From sequence record MH791414.1: 64,000 bases of DNA; one strand, given 5' to 3'. Below are positions 37,201 through 46,295 of the stretch, piece after piece. Numbering within the stretch: the first letter of the stretch is position 1; every line of letters starts with the position of its first letter. Below the pieces are notes generated by a model. The model saw nothing but the letters and a program-made list of their open reading frames with translations. It did not search any database and was not told where the DNA came from. Made by a program: the position numbers and the translations under genes.

Positions 37201-37940
37201 AGGTCATATGTGCTAATTGTATCCCCATGTTTTGCGTATCTTGGTAGGGTAATGTTTATCCCACCAATGTACTGGGTTTCCCTTACAAGTTGGTCCCCGA
37301 CAAAAGCCTTATAGTATCCACCAGATGGATAGCTACGGTTACTTATTATTTTTTTACGAACGTCCCCACGATATTCTATTTGAGGAATCCAATCGTTACC
37401 GTTCAAAATAAAATACACTGTTGAGTATGGAGCTGTTATCTTATAGATAGGCTCACCACCAATAGTTCTACCGTTTCCGGATACGTCAATTGTGTTGTCG
37501 TGTAGGTTTGTTCCGTTATCTCTGATAACGATCATATCACCCTGCAAAGCAGACGTAGGCATGGTAAAACCGATATCTTGCCCAGATGATTGAACCACTA
37601 CATGCTCACCAGCCAAAAGGTTGGTTTGAGCTGGTGCATTCGATGTAACCATTCTCCAACTTGGGTCAGTTCGAACTGGTTTCCATTTTGACTGAGTAAA
37701 TGCTTCTGGGGTTGTGATATCAACCAAACAGATATATATTCTGTTGTTGTATATTGCTGCAAAATCTTTTTCATACTTGCGGTTTGGATCGTACAGTTGG
37801 ATGGTGTTTTTATCTATGAACGCCTGTACGTTCATACCGTCCAATGGATCTGTAAAGTCTGGATAACCAACGTTTACAAGTTGTTTACCAGCTGCATCTA
37901 AACCGTCTGTAACTCGCAATGGTATTCTATTATCAGCCAT
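34251..37940 (-). CDS. 34: long tail fibre proximal subunit gp34
   Basis: N-terminal ATDGLDA-like motif, repeated GxxxxATQxExxxG...VTPxxL units; divergent from rnh; late promoter at 37978..37984. Confidence 0.92.
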   Translation of the reverse strand: MADNRIPLRVTDGLDAAGKQLVNVGYPDFTDPLDGMNVQAFIDKNTIQLYDPNRKYEKDFAAIYNNRIYICLVDITTPEAFTQSKWKPVRTDPSWRMVTSNAPAQTNLLAGEHVVVQSSGQDIGFTMPTSALQGDMIVIRDNGTNLHDNTIDVSGNGRTIGGEPIYKITAPYSTVYFILNGNDWIPQIEYRGDVRKKIISNRSYPSGGYYKAFVGDQLVRETQYIGGINITLPRYAKHGDTISTYDLDGNNPVTKTYVSVHSNSTHNIIVSVGSTPVKTAMFDSTDWGMFVFDANQNAWRVFDSDSKSRWKSVKTATYKGEPNDQLVIYTETPSTVTVTFPRDAAQGDSFFVDTRYMVQGSTLVLNVDGTSTNDYFMPDGDTLTNPRISAYRALLSDLNTHLTKTQSFNIQNRGEQWEFVFFKNALGSGKDVWAVVTMSEIPYRVDRNVRDFYGMAAIASQDSVNKNKEDIVTGQNPDCEDFVTSETLANKTATGTRRGIARLSTNSESKATTGNLNDEAWSGVIITPFLLNDRLATTSMRGLLKVATQAQANAQSGTGENWAQIAITPQTLNGRVATETMTGLSALVAFGGTKQTTRTTAGTGVHDFNDHIKVITPKTLFEKVATENSQGMVFLATQGEANTGAANTTNGALVVTASTLEGRQATATLTGLSRAANSTEVLSNTPPTEDNVHVSIKGLVNRQATETRWGLAETATQLEVDAGILHDKWFVTPKTFGNWLSRDRITVSSDSGLTSQGNIWDGQLINIQVPTEIQRGSLRVATQIEANDMSGASLDNVAITPKKLSARQASTTQTGILYIATQSDVDTGTNNTKAVTPLTMTTGIRSGTGYRMTDTRYGVGITAILTNSSAANSVFEGNDILGSTRTLSSYAHGDVLVSPRGLNTALANYLPLKAVAVSASAMEVAGNRIPSTDWVRRTVAQTITGAMTFSQDVTISKGTCKLILNDSGSSTHNTIISFTNSTDNSGWDAGVGGGLNSPFTLKRIGSSVIAAQFYDTATSFSGRVSNGGQDPSGNNELVRFGYSELRYVRSEGSIAETISGNKTFIHDTYFKRNGIQNLWMGNTSKSGITIALNESLTIGSLGGLTIRPNGVASPANTSSFESNGNLKVYGQVKIGSSLPMDPDDAIRKDYLDAVIDDVNTTSGSRVFKGGDTMTGELIINSGKAITTNGDANFNGTTTVNKLRIAVGNGEFLEIRANPVTKSVDFVWIS

Positions 37941-37995
37941 TGTAGTATCCTCGTTTATTAAAATAGTTCTCACAATGTATTTAGGGAGAAAACAA

Positions 37996-38919
37996 ATGTC
38001 ATTGTCTCATTTAATGGAAGGGTTGCCAGATACCCATTTCATTGACTATAGCCAAATAGTAATATCCAATATTATGTATCATTTTGATGATGAAGATGCG
38101 ATTTCACCAAAGATCGTTCGAAATATAATCATCGATACAATCCGTTCTCATGTAATTAAAAACAAACAAGAATATCCAAATGTTGTTATCGGAGTTGATT
38201 CGAGTGAAGGATATTGGAGAAGTAAACTAGCTTATTATTACAAGAAAAACCGGATTGCCAAAAAAGAAGGGTCCGCTCGTGATTGGAACTCGATTTATTC
38301 TTCTATGAACGCAATCCGTCAGGAACTGATTGACCACCTTCCATATAAAACCATTTATGTACCGGGAGCGGAAGCAGATGATACCTTCGGTGTTCTGATA
38401 AAATACTTCAAAGAGCAAGACCCCGGTGTTAAAATACTAATAACCTCTGCTGATGGAGATTTCACGCAACTACAGAGGTTTTCTGGTGTGAAACAGTGGA
38501 ATCCCATGCATAAGAAATGGGTTAAACCTGAACATGGTAGCCCAGAACGGGATCTACTTTATAAAATCGTGAAAGGTGATGCGAAGGATGGTATTGCTAA
38601 TATCTATTCTCCATCCGATATTCTTTATAAGAATAGTCTTCTTGAAAAAGAAGAACGAACCAAACAGAAATCAATTAGAAAAGAGTTGATTGCGTCTGTA
38701 TTCGCAGCTAAAGACCCAAAAAGTTTATTCACTGGTGAAGTTTTAGACCGATATAATGAAAATGAAAAACTTATCGATTTAAAATTAATTCCTGACGATT
38801 TAAGTGATAAGATCATACAAGAATATGAGAATTTTAAACCTGCTCCACGTGGTCGTCTAACCAACTATTTTATCAAATCTGGTATGGTTGAAATGATCGG
38901 AAAAGAATCTGAATTTTAA
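37996..38919 (+). CDS. rnh: RNase H / 5' flap nuclease
   Basis: IDYSQI, EADD, SADGDF and GDAKDGI motifs. Confidence 0.95.
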   Translation: MSLSHLMEGLPDTHFIDYSQIVISNIMYHFDDEDAISPKIVRNIIIDTIRSHVIKNKQEYPNVVIGVDSSEGYWRSKLAYYYKKNRIAKKEGSARDWNSIYSSMNAIRQELIDHLPYKTIYVPGAEADDTFGVLIKYFKEQDPGVKILITSADGDFTQLQRFSGVKQWNPMHKKWVKPEHGSPERDLLYKIVKGDAKDGIANIYSPSDILYKNSLLEKEERTKQKSIRKELIASVFAAKDPKSLFTGEVLDRYNENEKLIDLKLIPDDLSDKIIQEYENFKPAPRGRLTNYFIKSGMVEMIGKESEF

Positions 38920-38929
38920 GGAAATGAAA

Positions 38930-39232
38930 ATGGCTAAGAAAGAAAAACCTGTATTTAATATCCACTCATCCAAAAAAGAGTTGGCACAACTAGTAAAGAC
39001 CTGTTACGAACATATGAAGAAAATCGAGATGGAACGTGAAGGTATCAAATCTGCTAAAGACGCGGCTAAGGCTATGGGTGTTGAAACGTGGAAATTTAAT
39101 GACGTTTTGAAAATGTACGTGAATCAAAACCGTGACGAAGTAGAACAAGAAAAAGAAGAGACTTTAGATCTTTTCGATGAATTGTTTAGTAATGGCTTCA
39201 AGGCATCCCCTGATAGTGATGAGGATGAGTGA
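38930..39232 (+). CDS. dsbA: dsDNA-binding protein DsbA
   Basis: size and synteny in rnh-dsbA-33-59-32. Confidence 0.85.
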   Translation: MAKKEKPVFNIHSSKKELAQLVKTCYEHMKKIEMEREGIKSAKDAAKAMGVETWKFNDVLKMYVNQNRDEVEQEKEETLDLFDELFSNGFKASPDSDEDE

Positions 39233-39471
39233 TGGCTACAGAAATGGATAAGATTGAATTTAGCAAAAAAGTGGAAGAAGTAACCGAAAAACTAGGATCT
39301 AGTTTGGTTGAATCCTGCTTTATTGTCGCCGATGAAATGGGGGTCGAAGAAGAACATATCCCCGCACATATTCACCCAGTATTAAAAGAAAAGATCCGTA
39401 TTGAGGCTATTTCTAATAGAACTCTTCGGGTTGAACAAGATAACAACCTAGATTTCCTATTCGACCAATGA
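39229..39471 (+). CDS. 33: late transcription coactivator gp33
   Basis: IHPVLKEKIRIEA motif; acidic-aromatic tail LDFLFDQ. Confidence 0.88.
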   Translation: MMATEMDKIEFSKKVEEVTEKLGSSLVESCFIVADEMGVEEEHIPAHIHPVLKEKIRIEAISNRTLRVEQDNNLDFLFDQ

Positions 39472-40133
39472 TTAAACTAATTCTCCCTCCAAAACCAAAA
39501 ATGATGATTGATGGGAGAAGCTGTTATCGCCTTTATAGGTCTTTGAAGACCCAATTTTCAAACCCTAAATATAGGGTGATTAAAGGTGGTGAATGGAAAC
39601 TCCTATCTACTACTGAAGCCACATTCAATAAAATGTCTCGTAAGTTCGTGTATGAGCGTCTAGCTAAAAAATACGACCTTGGTACTTTATGTGGTATAAT
39701 GATAACTAACTTCTGCTCTAATCCCGATATGTGGGGTGGTGATATTGGAAATGAAGACGCTCATGATCATTACTTAAGAACAATCGGAAAGTATGATAGA
39801 ATGTCTTTAGTGTTCAAAAAAGAAGTTGAAGACTTATTGAGGAAATCAAAATCTAAAGGTATGTCCTTTCGTGATATGATATCCCCAAAAGATGGTCAAC
39901 CTTGGTTATTTAAGTACGTTCAACAAGACGTAATAAGTTATGAAACTATGCTTCTATTGGATTCAATATTCAATTTCATTGATTCATACGACACATTGAA
40001 TGATCATGTTTGGTCTAACGGTTATTCTAGCCGAATCAAAGCCTATCGGTTGATGGTTGAAATAGATAAATCAAAAGTAATGAAAAATTTCAAAAAAATA
40101 ATCGAAGATTATAAAGAACTAAACAATATTTAA
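39468..40133 (+). CDS. 59: helicase loader gp59
   Basis: MIKLILPP...YRLY, ISYETMLLLDS motifs. Confidence 0.92.
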   Translation: MIKLILPPKPKMMIDGRSCYRLYRSLKTQFSNPKYRVIKGGEWKLLSTTEATFNKMSRKFVYERLAKKYDLGTLCGIMITNFCSNPDMWGGDIGNEDAHDHYLRTIGKYDRMSLVFKKEVEDLLRKSKSKGMSFRDMISPKDGQPWLFKYVQQDVISYETMLLLDSIFNFIDSYDTLNDHVWSNGYSSRIKAYRLMVEIDKSKVMKNFKKIIEDYKELNNI

Positions 40134-40155
40134 AATATCTCAAAGGAAAAATAAA

Positions 40156-41109
40156 ATGTCTCTATTCGTTCGCCGTAAACAAGACCCGTCCCAACTGCAA
40201 GCCCAACTGGAAGCCGTTTCTGGTAGTGGTGGTTTTCAACAAGACCTCACTGAGTGGAAACTGACAGTTGATAAGAAAACCAAAGAAGGTTCCGCTGTAA
40301 TTCGCTTCCTGCAACCCTCCGATCTGGAAGGTAAAGAAGAGTGGCCCACCTTTGTTAAAGTATCTTCTCACTTTGTTGAGCGTGGCGGTAAGTATTACGT
40401 TGAAAACTGTACCGGTGGTACTTTTAAGAATTATGACGGTTGCCCTGTTTGTCAGTGGCGAGCTGCCCAAGGTTGGGACTGGAATAGTGAAGCTGATAAA
40501 GAAGCTGCTCGTAAATCTGGTACTGGTATCAACCATAACTATTGGGCAAACATCTTCGTTGTAAAAGACCCGGCGAACCCGGAAAACGAAGGTAAAGTAT
40601 TCAAGTTCAAATTCGGTATTACCGTACTGAAGATGATTATGGCAGCCCAGAAGGGTGATGAAGAAGTTGGGGAAATGCCGGTCGTTGTTACCGATTTCGA
40701 TAACGGTGCAAACTTCCTGATCCGTAGTACCAAAAAGAGCGAAAAGCATGGTACTCTGGAAACTTCTAAATTCTTGGCACCTAGCCCTCTTCCGGGTCTG
40801 GAAACCGAAGAAGTTCAAAAAGCAATCGTTGAAGGTCTGCAAGATCTGCGTCCTCTGGTTGCCCCGGACCAATTCAAGCCCGTAGATGAGCTTCAGAAGA
40901 AATTCGATAAGATCATGGGTGTTCGTGGTACTGCGGCTTCTTCTAAGAAAGCTAATGAAGAACTGGATGAGTTCGAAGCAGATATGCAGAAGTTTGAGGA
41001 AAAGGGTTCTCCGGAAACCAAAACCAAAGCTCCTGTTAAAGAAGAAGTCATTGAAACCTCTGTAGGTGGTGGTGATGACGATCTGGATGACCTTCTGGCT
41101 GGTCTGTAA
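40156..41109 (+). CDS. 32: single-stranded DNA-binding protein gp32
   Basis: EWKL, AVIRFL, ENC...CPVC, YWANI and acidic tail DDLDDLLAGL. Confidence 0.96.
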   Translation: MSLFVRRKQDPSQLQAQLEAVSGSGGFQQDLTEWKLTVDKKTKEGSAVIRFLQPSDLEGKEEWPTFVKVSSHFVERGGKYYVENCTGGTFKNYDGCPVCQWRAAQGWDWNSEADKEAARKSGTGINHNYWANIFVVKDPANPENEGKVFKFKFGITVLKMIMAAQKGDEEVGEMPVVVTDFDNGANFLIRSTKKSEKHGTLETSKFLAPSPLPGLETEEVQKAIVEGLQDLRPLVAPDQFKPVDELQKKFDKIMGVRGTAASSKKANEELDEFEADMQKFEEKGSPETKTKAPVKEEVIETSVGGGDDDLDDLLAGL

Positions 41110-41119
41110 TATAGAATCC

Positions 41120-41150
41120 AAAAGGGAGCCGAAAGGTTCCCTTTATTTTT
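41120..41150 (+). terminator. intrinsic terminator after 32
   Basis: aaagggagcc-gaaa-ggttccctttattttt. Confidence 0.8.
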
Positions 41151-41152
41151 TT

Positions 41153-41181
41153 TGACTGACTAATAAAACTCATTTATAATA
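41153..41181 (+). promoter_or_regulatory. sigma70-type early promoter
   Basis: TTGACT-N17-TATAAT. Confidence 0.75.
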
Positions 41182-41210
41182 TCGAAACAAAACTACTATG
41201 AGGATTTTTT

Positions 41211-41840
41211 GTGAAGAATAAAAAGAAAGTGATTACTACGGATATCGACGGTTGTGTGGTTCAATGGCAATCTAACCTTGTGTTTTTTGCTGCTGAACAT
41301 AACTTGCCAACTGATACGATCATCGATATGATCTTGGATGAGAAATTTAGACCGATGCACGAGATCTTTGATTGCTCTCCTGCTTTTGGTGACCAACTAC
41401 TTCAAAAGTATAATGAAAGCAAGTGGATCCGTGGTCTTAAGCCTTACGATGATGCACTAAAAATTATCAATGAATTAAAGGAAGAATTTGATTTTGTTGG
41501 CATTACCGCACTTGGAACTAAGTTTGAAGTTGCTGCTAATCGTATGTCAAATTTGAATGTTCTTTTTCCGGGGGCGTTTAGGGAAGTTCTGATCTGTAAT
41601 CATAACGAGAGTAAAGAACAATTGTTCAATCAAGCATATGAACACTATGGCGACCGGATTTGTATGTATATTGACGATCTGGATAAACATTGTTCTGTTG
41701 CTGAACGAGTATTCAACCAAGAACGGAATTTGAATATCCCTATTATTCGTATGGACCGTCGGATGGTTGACGTATATCCGAAGGGTCAGAATATGTATGC
41801 TATTGACCATTTCAGTGGAATTAAGGAATTTCTTAAATGA
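41211..41840 (+). CDS. 30.2: HAD-family phosphatase (T4 30.2-like)
   Basis: TDIDGCVVQW...YIDD; GTG start with GAGG SD. Confidence 0.8.
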   Translation: MKNKKKVITTDIDGCVVQWQSNLVFFAAEHNLPTDTIIDMILDEKFRPMHEIFDCSPAFGDQLLQKYNESKWIRGLKPYDDALKIINELKEEFDFVGITALGTKFEVAANRMSNLNVLFPGAFREVLICNHNESKEQLFNQAYEHYGDRICMYIDDLDKHCSVAERVFNQERNLNIPIIRMDRRMVDVYPKGQNMYAIDHFSGIKEFLK

Positions 41841-42220
41841 AAAAATGTTATGTGTTTGTTCATCGTGGTGTAAAAGGTAGTTATACTGGTATTCAGGCTT
41901 TACACGCTGCGGTTCGGTTGGTTAGTCAGAATCAAGACCATCCAGATATTAAAGCGTGGGCAGATGAGTTTGAAACTGTCGTAATTCTTGACGGTGGGAA
42001 TTCTAGCAATATGCGCACGATTTATAGCCTGTTGACATTTGCTGACAACCCGTCAGCAACATTCAGGGAAACCGACATGGATAATCTGGTTACTGCAATT
42101 GCATATGTTCCGTCAGAAGTTGAATATATGGATATTGAAAATATCAAACTAAATGGAATTGGTAATCTATCTAGTTCAATTGTTGATGTCATTGCAAATT
42201 CAAAAACACATAGAGGTTGA
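41837..42220 (+). CDS. peptidyl-tRNA hydrolase 2 (PTH2)-like protein
   Basis: YVFVHR...IQALHAA...W...VVIL...FRETD...TAIAY pattern. Confidence 0.5.
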   Translation: MKKCYVFVHRGVKGSYTGIQALHAAVRLVSQNQDHPDIKAWADEFETVVILDGGNSSNMRTIYSLLTFADNPSATFRETDMDNLVTAIAYVPSEVEYMDIENIKLNGIGNLSSSIVDVIANSKTHRG

Positions 42221-42222
42221 TA

Positions 42223-43788
42223 ATGGGTATTCTAGATATTCTAAACGAAATTAATAATGTTCGTGGTAGTGCAAAACTGGATGTTTTGAAATCCCATTCT
42301 GATAATGAGATTCTTTCTCGTGTGTGCCAAATGACGTATAGTAAACAAATCACATTTGGTATTAGCAAAAAGACATTTCCAGTCGTATCGTCTCATACTG
42401 GGGAATGTAGCCTTGAAAAGGCATTAACTTTCATGATGGAAAAATTTGCAACTCGGGTCTTTACTGGTGGGGATGCGATCAACCGACTTTCTGAAATTCT
42501 AAGCGAATTGTCTGAATCGGATTCGGAAGTGGTTAAAAGGATCATGTTTGGGGATCTGGATGTTGGTATTAACGTATCCACTATTAATAAAGTTTGGGCT
42601 GGTCTTATCAAAGAACAACCCCAGATGTTGAGTAGTCCAGAGAACCCGAAACTCATTGAAAAAATCCTGAAGGGTGGAAACGCATTTGCTGAACTCAAAG
42701 CTGATGGAGCACGTGGATTTGGAGATGTTACCGGGTTGTCTGATGAAGATGGGATCCATTTTTTCACCCGTAGTTCTAATGAGTATTTGTGTCTAGAACG
42801 CATTAAGAAAGCGATTGACCAAATGCAATGCGTTGGTTGGGTAATCGATGGGGAATTCGTTGTACGTGCCGAGGAAGCGCCAGAAATCGATGTTATGGCA
42901 TCGCTCATGGGTGACATTGAAGAAGTAGAACTCTCAAAGAGTGATAAATATAAAACCGTTTTTGACCGGGAAGCTGGTAACGGTATTATGAACAAATCTT
43001 TAAAGAACACGATTACCCCAGAAGAAGCTAATCGGGTCGTATATCAAGTTTGGGATATCACCCCACGCGATGTATATTACGGACTTGCTCCCTGCCTAAG
43101 TCACATGACTCAAGAATATCGTCGAAACATTCTTATTGACTTTTTGAGCCAGATCGATGATGATTGTATTCAGATAATCGATTCCACCCCAGTAAAAACA
43201 CTGGAAGACGTGAGACGGGTATATCAAGGTTACGTGAAGGACGGATTCGAAGGGATCATCCTGAAAGATGGTAATTCTCTTTGGGAAGATAAGAGAAGTA
43301 AATCTTTTGTTAAATTCAAAGAAAAATACCCGTTTGATCTTGAGATTGTGGAAGTATACGAACACGATAAAGACCCTAACAAAGTTGGTGGGTTTGTAAT
43401 GGTATCTGCTTGCGGGACTATCAAAACTCGTGGTGGTAGTGGTTTGACTGATACAACCACCATTAAGGTGTACGAAGGTAACTCAGGATGGAATCGCAAC
43501 CAACATCTTTATGAACACCACAAAGATAAAGCAGGTAATTTCATCGAACTTCCTATCCCAATCGAAGACCGTGATGTTTTGGATCGAGAAAAGTTGATGA
43601 AAATGCACAAAGATGGTATGCTTGTTGGTATGATTGTCGAATGCGAAGTAAACGCACCAACGACATCAAAAACAAGAAAAGCGGGGGAACCAGAGTTTAG
43701 TTTCTTCTTGCCTATCATCAAGAAATTGCGTTATGATAAAGACAAAGCAAATCGTTATGAAGACGTTTTTGTAATCGATGGGGAGTAA
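42223..43788 (+). CDS. 30: ATP-dependent DNA ligase gp30
   Basis: ELKADGAR, IDGEF, VWDI, EGIILK and KFKE motifs. Confidence 0.96.
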   Translation: MGILDILNEINNVRGSAKLDVLKSHSDNEILSRVCQMTYSKQITFGISKKTFPVVSSHTGECSLEKALTFMMEKFATRVFTGGDAINRLSEILSELSESDSEVVKRIMFGDLDVGINVSTINKVWAGLIKEQPQMLSSPENPKLIEKILKGGNAFAELKADGARGFGDVTGLSDEDGIHFFTRSSNEYLCLERIKKAIDQMQCVGWVIDGEFVVRAEEAPEIDVMASLMGDIEEVELSKSDKYKTVFDREAGNGIMNKSLKNTITPEEANRVVYQVWDITPRDVYYGLAPCLSHMTQEYRRNILIDFLSQIDDDCIQIIDSTPVKTLEDVRRVYQGYVKDGFEGIILKDGNSLWEDKRSKSFVKFKEKYPFDLEIVEVYEHDKDPNKVGGFVMVSACGTIKTRGGSGLTDTTTIKVYEGNSGWNRNQHLYEHHKDKAGNFIELPIPIEDRDVLDREKLMKMHKDGMLVGMIVECEVNAPTTSKTRKAGEPEFSFFLPIIKKLRYDKDKANRYEDVFVIDGE

Positions 43789-43815
43789 TCCCCAATCAAA
43801 TATGAGGAATATATT

Positions 43816-44007
43816 ATGGTAGTTGCATACATTACATACAAAGGTGTTGTAAAAGAAACCTCAGTGAATAACAGGGGTTTTGTAGATTTCGGTGTGGTGG
43901 GGGTTGACCCGTCACACCTGATCCATACACCTACCAAATTCAACCCCAATACCTTCACAGATAAAGATGGAAACATTCTTTTTATTAATGTGAGGTCCAA
44001 AAAATAA
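43816..44007 (+). CDS. hypothetical protein
   Basis: GAGG SD; 63 aa. Confidence 0.6.
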   Translation: MVVAYITYKGVVKETSVNNRGFVDFGVVGVDPSHLIHTPTKFNPNTFTDKDGNILFINVRSKK

Positions 44008-44017
44008 CGAGAGAACA

Positions 44018-45319
44018 ATGACAGAAGAAGTAACTTTAACACCAAGTCAACAACGTGTTATTGATTTTGTTATGAATGGAACCGGACACGTTACTGTGTC
44101 CGGACCTCCGGGTAGTGGTAAAACCTTCCTTGCAAAATATCTGATTGACGCGATTGGTGATTCCCTTGGTGTAACATTGGCAGCCCCAACACACCAAGCA
44201 AAGATCGTTCTATCTGAGATGTCTGGTATGGAAGCATGTACCATTCATAGCCTAATGAAAGTGCATCCAGAGACTCTAGAAGATATTCAAATATTCGACC
44301 AAAGTAAAATTCCAGACCTTAGTAAACTCAGATGGTTGTTTGTTGATGAGTGGTCAATGTATGACAAAAAACTCTTCCAAATAATCATGAAGTCAATCCC
44401 AGCGTTTACTCGTATTATTGCCTTTGGAGATAAAGACCAAATCCAGCCAGTTTCACACGAACCGGGGGTTTTGAGTCCTTTCTATACAGACCCTAGATTT
44501 ACCCAAATAGAAATGACTGATATTATGAGGCAGTCTTTGGATAATCCAATTATTCAAGTGGCAACCGATATCAGAGAAGGTGGTTGGATTCATCATAACT
44601 GGAATAAAGAAAATAAAACCGGGGTTTTTAAGGTCAAGAGTATATCAGAACTGGTAAATTCCTATCTTCGTGTTGTCAAAACACCTGAAGACCTTATTAA
44701 TTATCGCTTCCTTGCTTATACAAATAAAGTAGTTGACAAGGTGAATGGTATTATCCGAAAACATGTATACAAAACAGATAAGCCCATTATCGAAGGTGAA
44801 AAATTAGTCCTTCAAGAACCAGTAATGGTTGAGCACGATGATGGTATTATTGAAACTATATACACCAACGGAGAAACTATCACAGTTAAAAGTATTGAAG
44901 TACGAAATGATACCGTTCATATCGATGGTAGTCCGGATTTCAATATCGAATGTGCTAGTATTTTAGCTCGTTCCGATTACTCTGGGATTGAACATAAGTT
45001 TTCTGTTTTTTATGGAAATGAGGCTAAAGAGGAATTCGACTTTAGAATTTCTGAGGCCGCTGGTGTGATTAAACAAATGCCTCGTGGTTTCTCACAAAGA
45101 AATGCGTGGGATTCGTTTTGGTGCGCTAAAAAGCGTTATATTGACGTTAAGTCTCTTGGGGCTTGTACGATACATAAAAGCCAAGGATCCACCGTTAAAG
45201 GCGTTTGGTTGGCCCTGCATGATATTAGCTATGCAGACGATAGTCTCCAACAACAACTGTGTTATGTTGCAGTAACCAGACCTACCCAGTTTTGTCTATA
45301 TTTCGATGGGTCTAAATGA
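44018..45319 (+). CDS. dda: DNA helicase Dda
   Basis: GPPGSGKT, APTHQA, DEWSM, GDKDQI, TIHKSQGST and YVAVTR motifs. Confidence 0.96.
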   Translation: MTEEVTLTPSQQRVIDFVMNGTGHVTVSGPPGSGKTFLAKYLIDAIGDSLGVTLAAPTHQAKIVLSEMSGMEACTIHSLMKVHPETLEDIQIFDQSKIPDLSKLRWLFVDEWSMYDKKLFQIIMKSIPAFTRIIAFGDKDQIQPVSHEPGVLSPFYTDPRFTQIEMTDIMRQSLDNPIIQVATDIREGGWIHHNWNKENKTGVFKVKSISELVNSYLRVVKTPEDLINYRFLAYTNKVVDKVNGIIRKHVYKTDKPIIEGEKLVLQEPVMVEHDDGIIETIYTNGETITVKSIEVRNDTVHIDGSPDFNIECASILARSDYSGIEHKFSVFYGNEAKEEFDFRISEAAGVIKQMPRGFSQRNAWDSFWCAKKRYIDVKSLGACTIHKSQGSTVKGVWLALHDISYADDSLQQQLCYVAVTRPTQFCLYFDGSK

Positions 45320-45368
45320 AGGGGGTTATTCCCCCTAAATACCTATATAATCCAAAAGAGGAAATATA

Positions 45369-45542
45369 ATGGAAAATTGTATTATTTGTAAACAACCGGT
45401 AAGTGATTACGACGCTGTGAAAACTCCACATGGTACAGTTCACTCTGGTCCTTGTCTTAGTTATTACAATGACGCATCAAAGACAACTAATCTGAATGAA
45501 TCAGACCTTGGAAAAGAGCTGGAAAAGGTGCAGATCCTGTGA
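45369..45542 (+). CDS. uvsY.-2: UvsY.-2-like small Cys/His protein (not in ORF track)
   Basis: MENCIICKQPV...VHSGPC; late promoter at 45335..45341. Confidence 0.8.
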   Translation: MENCIICKQPVSDYDAVKTPHGTVHSGPCLSYYNDASKTTNLNESDLGKELEKVQIL

Positions 45543-45979
45543 GCGAACCTAAAAAGAATCAAGCATTTTCTTTAGAGGGTTTGCAAGAAGAATTGGAACA
45601 AGATTTACATATCGACCGTGGTAACATCCAAAATTCTGCAATGGATAATCCGATCATATACGGTAAATGGATCCGACATAAAGCGTCTTTGTGTCGGCAA
45701 AGGATTGGAATTGAAGCCGAACGGGTTACCGTTCTTAAAGAACGATTGATGTTTAACACTGGAAGAGGTGATGATGTTTGTGAATTCGATTTTTCACCGA
45801 CTGAACTAAAAACTATTATTCCAGCAGAAGACGAAGTGTTGATTGTAACCAAGAAACTAGATTATCTTGACTTGATGATCAAGTTTTGCGATGGTGCAAT
45901 TGAAGCAGTTCGACAACGTGGATTTAGTATCAGAGCAATAATCGATCACCAAGCTCTAATATCCGGAACAAAATTTTAA
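45539..45979 (+). CDS. uvsY: recombination mediator UvsY
   Basis: LEQDLHID...NPIIYGKW...RGFSIRAIID; GTG start. Confidence 0.9.
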   Translation: MSEPKKNQAFSLEGLQEELEQDLHIDRGNIQNSAMDNPIIYGKWIRHKASLCRQRIGIEAERVTVLKERLMFNTGRGDDVCEFDFSPTELKTIIPAEDEVLIVTKKLDYLDLMIKFCDGAIEAVRQRGFSIRAIIDHQALISGTKF

Positions 45980-45983
45980 AAAC

Positions 45984-46016
45984 AAAAAGCCCACTCTCAT
46001 TGAGTGGGCTTTTTTA
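45984..46016. terminator. bidirectional terminator
   Basis: aaaagcccactc-tcatt-gagtgggctttttt between convergent genes. Confidence 0.85.
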
Positions 46017-46295
46017 TTAGAAATCTTCTACTTCTTCACCTTCACCAGCCTCTTCAGCTGCAAAGGCTTCTTTTCGACCTTCAATCGCATCACGGATCTG
46101 AATATCATCGGTATCTGAAATAGATACGGTTTTTCTTCTGGACTTATAATATCGTTCCAGTTCATCCAAACCTGATTTAGTCATCACCGCCATAATTTTA
46201 CCTAAAAACTTTTCCACAGAAACCTGCGGTTTGTCATCTTCTCCACGTTCTTCGGTTTCCTCAACCAAAAGAACATAATCACCAAATGGAATCAC
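46017..46295 (-). CDS. uvsW.1: UvsW.1-like protein
   Basis: GLDELERYYKSR...DTDDIQIRDAIEG. Confidence 0.85.
   Translation of the reverse strand: MIPFGDYVLLVEETEERGEDDKPQVSVEKFLGKIMAVMTKSGLDELERYYKSRRKTVSISDTDDIQIRDAIEGRKEAFAAEEAGEGEEVEDF

Noticed and set aside
40162-41121. 319-aa minus-strand ORF antisense to gene 32
   Set aside because: Same shadow effect; Phe/Leu-rich with no motif
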